From the NCBI GenBank assembly GCA_003133025.1, contig PKZK01000024.1:1-13201 (forward strand): a DNA stretch of 13,201 nucleotides, written 5' to 3'. The first letter of the stretch is position 1. Every line of letters begins with the position of its first letter. The DNA is from Vulcanimicrobiota bacterium (GTDB taxonomy: Bacteria; Vulcanimicrobiota; Vulcanimicrobiia; Vulcanimicrobiales; Vulcanimicrobiaceae). Both the position numbers and the translations under genes were made by a program. The notes below the pieces were generated by a model. It did no database searches. It was not told the DNA's origin and worked only from the letters and a program-made list of their open reading frames with translations. Below, in pieces: positions 7,633-13,201 of the stretch.

Positions 7633-9670
7633 GCGCGCGCACGGCAAACGACCGTTTGCCGAAGAGCGACCGCGCCTTGCGCGGCGATTCGACGGCGAGT
7701 ACGTCGCCGTCGACCAGCATGCCGGCCAGATGCACCGCAGCGTCCGGTGCGACGACGGTGGCGAAGGTGCCGCGCGCGACCTTGGTCGCCTCGGTCAAGG
7801 CGGCGATCGCCGGTGCGTCGCTCGGCGATTCTCGCGGGACGACGCTGACGACGCGCACGTCGATGTCCAAGCGCCGGGCGAGACGGCCGATGCGCCGCAC
7901 CAGAATTACGTCGCGTTCGCGCGGCGCGACCCCGAGTACGATGCGCGCGAAGGGTTGTTCGCGGCGCGCCGCCGATCTGGCGTGCACCAATTCGCGCACG
8001 GTCAGTTCGCGCAGCGCGGCGAGGTTTTCGGTGCGGAAGAAGTTGCACAGCGCGGCTTCGATGCGTTCGGGCGGATAGATCTTGCCTTCGCGCAGACGCT
8101 CGCGCAGCACGTCGGGCGTCACGTCGACGAAGACGACCTCGTCGGCGAATTCCAGCACGCTGTCGGGCAGCGTCTCGCGCACGCGCGTGCCGGTCAACCG
8201 TTCGACCGCATCGCCTACGCCCTCGAGGTGCTGCACGTTGAGCGTCGTGATCACGTCGACTCCGGCGCGCAGCACCGCGAAGACGTCGTCGTAGCGCTTC
8301 ACGCGTGCACCCGCGCTGACGTTGGTGTGCGCGAGTTCGTCGATCAAAGCAACCTGCGGTTTGCGCGCCAGCAGGGTTTCGAGATCGATCTCGTTGTTGG
8401 CCAAACGCGGGATTTGCTCGAGACCGGTCAGTTTCTCGGCGGTCTCCGAGCGGCCGTGCGTCTCGATCAACGCGGCGACCACGTCGACGCCTTCCTCGCG
8501 GAGTTGGTGGGCGCGGTCGAGCATCGCGTAGGTCTTGCCGCTGCCGGCCGCGGAGCCGAGATAGATCGTCAGCTTGCCATATCCGATGCGCATCCGGTCG
8601 GCCAGCGCGAACCCGTAGGGGTGACGCGCGGTCTCGTAGGCGGCGCGCAGCGGCGGCCGTTCGGGGTCGGCGACGAGCAGATCGCGATCGAGCGGACGCG
8701 TGAGAATGCGTTCGGCGAGCGGCCCGCGCGGCACGATCACGAGCGACGCGCGCACGTCGGTGAGGTCGCCGCGGGCCAGGCCCGCCGGCGCCGGCACGCG
8801 ACCGGCCTCGGCGCGCAGCGCAGCGTCGACGAAGGCGTCGTCCTCGCGACCGTCGATCGCGGTCGTCTCCAGCGCGAGATCGATCGCCTCGGCAAATGCC
8901 GCCGAGCGGCGCAGAAAGGGCCCCGGGTCGGGGCTTTCGCCGACCACCGCCAGCGCCGTCGAGAGTTTGCTCGGCGCCACGACGGGAATCGTCAGGCTAT
9001 CCACGGTGCGCAAGAGCAACTCGCGCATCATCTGCAAATTCTTGGGTTGGAACAGTCCGGCTGCGGCGCGATCGACGTCTTCGCTGCGCACGATGCGTCC
9101 GGTGCGCAGGCGAGATTCGAGGATCGAGGGCGCCACGTCGATCGCGATAACGCGGTCGCAACGGCGCAGAAACGACATCGGGATCAGTTCCCGGATCGGG
9201 TGCCCGACGATCCGTTCGGCGACCGGTGCGACGTTGTCGAGGTGCATCACGTTGAAGGCGCCGAGCACGGACTTCCCGGCCTCGCGCAAGGCCAGCGCGT
9301 CTTGCCAGCGCTTGGCGTGCGGCGCGCCCGCGGGGTTGGCGTGCGCGAGTTCGTCGAGCAGGATCGTCTCGTACTCGCTCGCGAGGGCGGCCTCGAGATC
9401 GAAGTCGTCGATGCCGCCTTCGCCCGCGCCGAACGAACGCGGCGGAATGCGCGGCAGCATGTCGGCGAGCGCGTCGAGGTCGGGGCGGCGTTTGGTCTCC
9501 ACCCAGCCGATGGCGACCCGCCGGCCGGCCTTGGCTTCGCGCAGCGCGTCCGTAAGCAAGCGGTAGGTCTTACCGGCGCCCGGCGCGCCGCCGAGATAGA
9601 TCGTCAGACGCGGGGTCAAGCCCAGCTCGACGAGCAGCGCTCCCGCATCGGTCCGACGATCGTCTCGCAC
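7550..9670 (-). CDS. Soluble KdpD-like sensor: two tandem KdpD N-terminal domains, each followed by a Usp-like domain; no TM, HisKA or HATPase (~706 aa)
   Basis: Two copies of LTIYLG-[Walker A GKT]Y (GGAPGAGKT at 9566-9592; GSAAGSGKT at 8531-8557), DELAH.N, KR[WY].D, NV.HL, RE..P and NL...REL. Proposed start is GTG 9670 (MRDDRRTDAGALL); the longer ORF-track N-terminus is the antisense of the kinase gene. The Usp assignments are weaker than the KdpD-domain ones. Confidence 0.85.
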   Translation of the reverse strand: MRDDRRTDAGALLVELGLTPRLTIYLGGAPGAGKTYRLLTDALREAKAGRRVAIGWVETKRRPDLDALADMLPRIPPRSFGAGEGGIDDFDLEAALASEYETILLDELAHANPAGAPHAKRWQDALALREAGKSVLGAFNVMHLDNVAPVAERIVGHPIRELIPMSFLRRCDRVIAIDVAPSILESRLRTGRIVRSEDVDRAAAGLFQPKNLQMMRELLLRTVDSLTIPVVAPSKLSTALAVVGESPDPGPFLRRSAAFAEAIDLALETTAIDGREDDAFVDAALRAEAGRVPAPAGLARGDLTDVRASLVIVPRGPLAERILTRPLDRDLLVADPERPPLRAAYETARHPYGFALADRMRIGYGKLTIYLGSAAGSGKTYAMLDRAHQLREEGVDVVAALIETHGRSETAEKLTGLEQIPRLANNEIDLETLLARKPQVALIDELAHTNVSAGARVKRYDDVFAVLRAGVDVITTLNVQHLEGVGDAVERLTGTRVRETLPDSVLEFADEVVFVDVTPDVLRERLREGKIYPPERIEAALCNFFRTENLAALRELTVRELVHARSAARREQPFARIVLGVAPRERDVILVRRIGRLARRLDIDVRVVSVVPRESPSDAPAIAALTEATKVARGTFATVVAPDAAVHLAGMLVDGDVLAVESPRKARSLFGKRSFAVRALNAGARELLVLVPRESDQRPLDGPGHH
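8555..8572. repeat. Copy A of an 18-nt identical intragenic repeat (GCCGAGATAGATCGTCAG), also at 9590-9607
   Basis: Exact 18-mer encoding LTIYLG in both KdpD modules, 1035 nt apart. A second exact 17-mer (GTGCGCGAGTTCGTCGA, DELAH region) occurs at 8327-8343 and 9341-9357. Confidence 0.85.
9590..9607. repeat. Copy B of the 18-nt intragenic repeat in the tandem KdpD-like gene
   Basis: Identical to 8555-8572; reflects the internal domain duplication. Confidence 0.85.
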
Positions 9671-9718
9671 CGATTGGGGGTTCGCAGGGCGTGCCGCCGG
9701 GTCCCCGAAGGCCTCGGC

Positions 9719-11263
9719 GTGGGCTCGCGCGCAGTCGCCGTCGTCGCCTTCACGTTGCTCGCCGCGTTCTTCGTCGTCGACGCCTTGACGCCGCAGACGC
9801 TCGTGATCGCGATTCTGTTCGACATCCCGATCCTGCTCGCCGCGCTGACGCGCAGCCGGCGGTTGACGGCCGCACTCGTGGCAGCGGCGGTCTCGGCGGA
9901 CGCGCTCGCGGCGATCGTCAATGCCGCGCGCGACGGCTACCGCTGGGATCCGATCGGCATCGGCGACCGCGCCCTGTCGATTCTGTCGATCCTGATGGTC
10001 GGGTACTTGAGCACCGTCGTGCAAGCGCGTTCGGAACGCGTGGGCCGGCTCGCCGCGCAAGAGGCGCGCGCGCGGCGCGAGGTGACCTTTTCCGCCGCCG
10101 CCGATCGGATTCGCACCTCGCTCTCGCTCGACGTGGTGATCCGGGCCATCGTCCGCGAAGCGCCGCGCGCGCTCGACGCCGAGCGCGCGGTCTGGTATCC
10201 GTCCGGCGCGGGCCGCGAGACGCTGGCCGCGCGCGACGACGAAGCGGTCGAGGTGCTCGACGAACCCGTTCCGCCGGAGATTTCCTCGCTCGCGCATCGC
10301 GTGGTGGAAGAGCGCACGCCGCTGGTCATCGCGGGAGGCGATCCGGTCGGACGGTTCGTGCTCGATCGTCTCGCCGCGACGAGCGCCTTGGCGCTACCGC
10401 TGGCCGATCGCACGCGCACGTTCGGCGTGCTCTTCGTCACGCGTTCGTCCGGAGGGTTCGACGAGGTGGCGCCGGCCGCAGCGCGCGCGTATGCCAATCT
10501 CGCGGTGAACGCGCTCGCGCAGGCCGTGCTCTTCGACGAGTTGGCCGAGCGAAATACCGCGCTCGGCCAACGGCAGGCGGTGATCCACGATTTGGTCGAC
10601 GCGATTTCGCACGACGTGCGCACGCCGCTCGCGGCGCTCTCGCTGACCTTACGTCAGGCGGCCGACGGCGCGTACGGCGACTTGCCGCCCAAGTACGGCG
10701 GCGTGCTGCGCGACAGCCTCGTCTCGATCGACGATCTGCAACGTTTGGCGGAGACGCTGCTGCTGGTGGCGCGCTTCGAGTCTGGCGAGCGGCGTCCCGT
10801 CGAGCGGGCGCCGGTGGACCTGGCCGAGTTGGTCCGCGAAGTCGGTTCCGAGATCGGCGCGATGGCCGAATCGCGTAGCGTGCATCTGACGCTCGACGCG
10901 TCGCCCGCGCGAACGTTGGGCTCGCGCGGGGACCTGCGCCGTGCCGTGATCAATCTTGCCGCAAATGCGGTGCAGCATACGCCGGAAGGCGGCAACGTAG
11001 TTTTGCGCACGGGCGAAAACGGCAAGTCGGTCGAGGTCGCGATCGTGGACGACGGTTTCGGCGTAAACGAGGCGGCGCGCGCGTCGCTTTTTCAACGTTT
11101 TGCCAACGGCTCGAGCGCGGGATCGGGCACGGGTCTGGGCTTGTATATCGTGCGCCGGATCGCCGAGGAGACGGGCGGGAGCGTGCGTTACGAACCGCGC
11201 GCGCCGCAGGGCTCGGCGTTCGTGCTGACCTTACCGAAGGCCGACAGCGCGGCGCACCGATGA
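9719..11263 (+). CDS. Membrane sensor histidine kinase, ~4TM-GAF-HisKA-HATPase (~514 aa), resembling the C-terminal half of KdpD
   Basis: Proposed start GTG 9719, preceded by GAAGG. Four hydrophobic segments lie at ~9730-10020, followed by a GAF-like region (SALALPL...TFGVLFV). H-box SHDVRTPL (His codon 10610-10612), N-box NLAANAVQH, G1 DDGFG, F-box LFQRF, G2 GTGLGL. Confidence 0.9.
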   Translation: MGSRAVAVVAFTLLAAFFVVDALTPQTLVIAILFDIPILLAALTRSRRLTAALVAAAVSADALAAIVNAARDGYRWDPIGIGDRALSILSILMVGYLSTVVQARSERVGRLAAQEARARREVTFSAAADRIRTSLSLDVVIRAIVREAPRALDAERAVWYPSGAGRETLAARDDEAVEVLDEPVPPEISSLAHRVVEERTPLVIAGGDPVGRFVLDRLAATSALALPLADRTRTFGVLFVTRSSGGFDEVAPAAARAYANLAVNALAQAVLFDELAERNTALGQRQAVIHDLVDAISHDVRTPLAALSLTLRQAADGAYGDLPPKYGGVLRDSLVSIDDLQRLAETLLLVARFESGERRPVERAPVDLAELVREVGSEIGAMAESRSVHLTLDASPARTLGSRGDLRRAVINLAANAVQHTPEGGNVVLRTGENGKSVEVAIVDDGFGVNEAARASLFQRFANGSSAGSGTGLGLYIVRRIAEETGGSVRYEPRAPQGSAFVLTLPKADSAAHR

Positions 11264-11904
11264 GCGGCGACGCGCTCGTGCGCATCGTGCTGGTGGAGGA
11301 TCACGCGCTCGTGCGGACGGGCCTGCGCACGTCGTTCGCGGCCGCGGGCTTCGACGTGGTCGCCGAAGCGGCCGACGGCGTCTCCGGGTTCGCCGCGGTC
11401 GAGCGCGAACGGCCCGACGTCGCCGTCGTCGACGTGGGCTTGCCCGGAAAAGACGGCGTCGAATTGACGCGCGAACTCAAGGCGATGCCCGATCCGCCGG
11501 GGGTCGTGGTGCTAACGATGCAAGAACGTCCCGATGCGGTGCTCGCGGCAATCGCCGCCGGCGCCGATGCGTATTGCGTCAAATCATCGGACGTATCGTT
11601 CGTGGTGGATGCGGTGCGCGCGGTGGCCGCGGGCGGCGCCTATTTCGATCCGCGCATTGCCGGCGTCGTGTTGCGTCGCGTCGTTTCGCCGGGTGCGCCG
11701 CCCGAACGTTCGCCGCTCACGCCGCGCGAAACCGACGTGCTCAAGTTGATCGCGGAGGGCGTCGGCAACGCCGAGATCGCCGAACGTTTGAATCTCGGCC
11801 TGGGCACGGTGAAAGGCCACGTCGCCGACATCCTCGAGAAGCTCGAAGCGTCGGACCGCGCGCACGCGGCCGTCACCGCTTTTCGCCGCGGTCTCATTTC
11901 GTAA
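11260..11904 (+). CDS. DNA-binding response regulator, NarL/FixJ (LuxR-HTH) family
   Basis: Receiver domain with acidic pocket VEDH, phospho-acceptor VVDVGLP, LT and YCVK lysine. LuxR HTH LTPRETDVLKLIAEG.GNAEIAERL...GTVKGHV..ILEKL. ATGA overlap (11260-11263) with the kinase stop. Confidence 0.95.
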   Translation: MSGDALVRIVLVEDHALVRTGLRTSFAAAGFDVVAEAADGVSGFAAVERERPDVAVVDVGLPGKDGVELTRELKAMPDPPGVVVLTMQERPDAVLAAIAAGADAYCVKSSDVSFVVDAVRAVAAGGAYFDPRIAGVVLRRVVSPGAPPERSPLTPRETDVLKLIAEGVGNAEIAERLNLGLGTVKGHVADILEKLEASDRAHAAVTAFRRGLIS

Positions 11905-12772
11905 CGAAACCGCAGCGTTCGATCGCGAACGCGATGAAATCGGCAACCGCCTCGGGCACGTCGCGATCGCTCGCGGCCACGAGATGCCACTCTCGATCGA
12001 GCGGGGTGAACGCCGTCGGGATCTGCTGCACCGCGCCGCTGCGTAATTCGGCTTCGACGCCGTCGCGCGAGACCAGCGAATAACCCAGACCCGCGCGCAC
12101 GCAGGCGCTGATCGCGCCGTTGGAGGTGATCGTCAAGCGCGGCGGGTCGATGCCGAGCGCACCGAAGCACTCTTCGGTCAACGCGCGCGTTCCGGAGCCC
12201 GGCTCGCGCAACAGCCACGTTGCCGTTCCCAGCGAGAGCTCCGAGAAGCGTTCGCCCGGCGGCGCGATCACGATCATCTCGTGCTTGCGCGTCGCGAGGG
12301 TGGTGAGCGGCGAATCCAGTGGCGGCCGCCCGGCGATCACGAGATCCACTTCCCAGTGTCGTAGCCGGTCCCAGACGTGTTCGTGGTTGCCCACGTCGAG
12401 GTCGACGCCCACCGCGGGACGCAGCTCGCGAAAACTCTGCAAGAGTTGCGGCACCAGATGTTCGGCCGCGGTGGTGACCGCCGCCAAACCGACCCGGCTG
12501 ACGACTTCGCCGGAGACTTCGCGCGCGCGGCGGCCGCCTTCGTCGAGCAGCGCGAAGACGCGCCGGCCGTAGACCGCAAAGGCTTTGCCCGCGGGCGTGA
12601 GCCGGATTTTGCGGCCGTCGCGTTCGGTCAGCCGCACGCCCATCGAACGCTGCAGCGAGGCCAGCGCGGCCGAGACGGCCGGCTGCGACACCACGAGCGC
12701 GTCGGCCGCCTCCTGGACGGACCCGAGGCGCGCAGTTTCGAGGAAGGCCCGGAGCTGGTAGAGGGAGATCAT
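11894..12772 (-). CDS. cbbR: LysR-family regulator, CbbR (RuBisCO operon regulator)
   Basis: LysR HTH QLRAF...AADALVVSQPAVS...G.RL.ER.GR..RLTPAG. REPGSGTR motif of CbbR/CysL-type effector domains. Divergent from the RuBisCO large-subunit gene, the classic cbbR arrangement. Confidence 0.85.
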   Translation of the reverse strand: MISLYQLRAFLETARLGSVQEAADALVVSQPAVSAALASLQRSMGVRLTERDGRKIRLTPAGKAFAVYGRRVFALLDEGGRRAREVSGEVVSRVGLAAVTTAAEHLVPQLLQSFRELRPAVGVDLDVGNHEHVWDRLRHWEVDLVIAGRPPLDSPLTTLATRKHEMIVIAPPGERFSELSLGTATWLLREPGSGTRALTEECFGALGIDPPRLTITSNGAISACVRAGLGYSLVSRDGVEAELRSGAVQQIPTAFTPLDREWHLVAASDRDVPEAVADFIAFAIERCGFVTK

Positions 12773-12787
12773 AAGTCTATGTTTATG
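12770..12787. promoter_or_regulatory. Putative CbbR recognition site CATAA-N8-TTATG overlapping the cbbR start codon
   Basis: Perfect 5-bp inverted repeat fitting the TNA-N7/8-TNA CbbR-type motif, in an AT-rich island. A second LysR-type T-N11-A (12805-12817) overlaps the putative -35. Confidence 0.65.
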
Positions 12788-12807
12788 AATACGCCGGAAA
12801 GTTGTAT

Positions 12808-12837
12808 TTGACCTTTATGGCTTTCCGGGGGCATACT
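12808..12837 (+). promoter_or_regulatory. Putative sigma70-type cbbL promoter TTGACC-N18-CATACT
   Basis: -35 TTGACC at 12808-12813 (5/6 to consensus) and -10 CATACT at 12832-12837 (4/6), about 40 nt upstream of the cbbL start. Confidence 0.55.
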
Positions 12838-12867
12838 CTGCTGGGCGCGATGGATGCGCCGCACCGC

Positions 12868-12874
12868 GGGAGGA
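12868..12874 (+). promoter_or_regulatory. Shine-Dalgarno sequence of cbbL (GGGAGGA)
   Basis: Contains GGAGG, 5 nt before GTG 12879. Confidence 0.75.
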
Positions 12875-12878
12875 CAGC

Positions 12879-13201
12879 GTGGCTTCAAACACTTTCCAGG
12901 CCGGCGTCAAAGATTACCGGGCGACCTATTGGACGCCCGACTACGTGCCGCTCGACAGCGACCTGCTCGCCGTCTTCAAGATCGTGACGCAGGCCGGCGT
13001 GCCGCGGGAAGAAGCTGCCGCCGCGGTCGCGGCCGAGTCCTCGACGGGAACGTGGACCACCGTTTGGACCGACTGGCTGACCGACCTCGACTACTATCGC
13101 GGCCGTGCCTATCGCATCGAACCGGTGCCCGGCGACCCGAACGCGTTTTATGCCTTCATAGCGTATCCGATCGACCTCTTCGAAGAGGGCTCGGTCGTCA
13201 A
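12879..13201 (+). CDS. cbbL: RuBisCO large subunit, form I green-type (IA-like), N-terminal 107 aa; runs off the window
   Basis: Manual translation: [107 protein letters not shown]. Contains the RbcL signatures [15 protein letters not shown] and [10 protein letters not shown], with a strong SD upstream. Confidence 0.96.
   Translation, partial: MASNTFQAGVKDYRATYWTPDYVPLDSDLLAVFKIVTQAGVPREEAAAAVAAESSTGTWTTVWTDWLTDLDYYRGRAYRIEPVPGDPNAFYAFIAYPIDLFEEGSVV

Noticed and set aside
7550..9670. KdpD-like gene as a pseudogene remnant of a full-length kdpD
   Set aside because: The reading frame is intact, both Walker A and DELAH motifs are preserved, and it ends cleanly after the second Usp-like domain. 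No kinase fragment follows on that strand.
7439..9718. 1274-aa ORF 7439..11263 suggesting a giant kinase
   Set aside because: The first ~760 codons are the stop-free antisense shadow of the KdpD-like gene in GC-rich DNA. Recognisable kinase sequence begins at about 9719.
9671..10297. 209-aa N-terminal extension of the KdpD-like ORF
   Set aside because: It is Arg-rich, has no motifs, and is antisense to the kinase TM/GAF coding region.
12802..12987. 61-aa ORF in the ORF track
   Set aside because: It is out of frame with, and overlaps, cbbL and its promoter, which have far stronger support.
1..13201. CRISPR arrays, tRNA/rRNA genes, IS elements/integrases, intrinsic terminators
   Set aside because: None seen. 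The window is almost fully protein-coding, and the repeats found are the intragenic KdpD duplication and short intergenic motifs.

Overview
GC-rich, densely coded window from a diderm bacterium: it encodes an outer-membrane factor and a porin. A Vulcanimicrobiota/Eremiobacterota origin is only a stylistic guess. From left to right it contains: the 3' part of a CzcA/CusA-type RND permease coupled to a NodT/OprM-type outer-membrane lipoprotein; a Kup K+ transporter divergent from an OprB/MnoP-like porin; a DHA2 MFS transporter; a soluble ~706 aa protein of two tandem KdpD N-terminal (Walker A + Usp-like) modules with no membrane or kinase part; 48 bp away and divergent, a 4TM-GAF-HisKA-HATPase kinase coupled to a NarL/LuxR-family regulator; and cbbR divergent from the 5' end of a green-type (form IA-like) RuBisCO large subunit that the ORF track missed. 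The best candidate for an undescribed system is a split, duplicated KdpD K+-sensing module: a tandem sensor plus a separate KdpD-like kinase half, signalling through a NarL-type rather than an OmpR/KdpE regulator, near kup rather than kdpFABC. All family calls come from motif recognition by eye; no searches were run.
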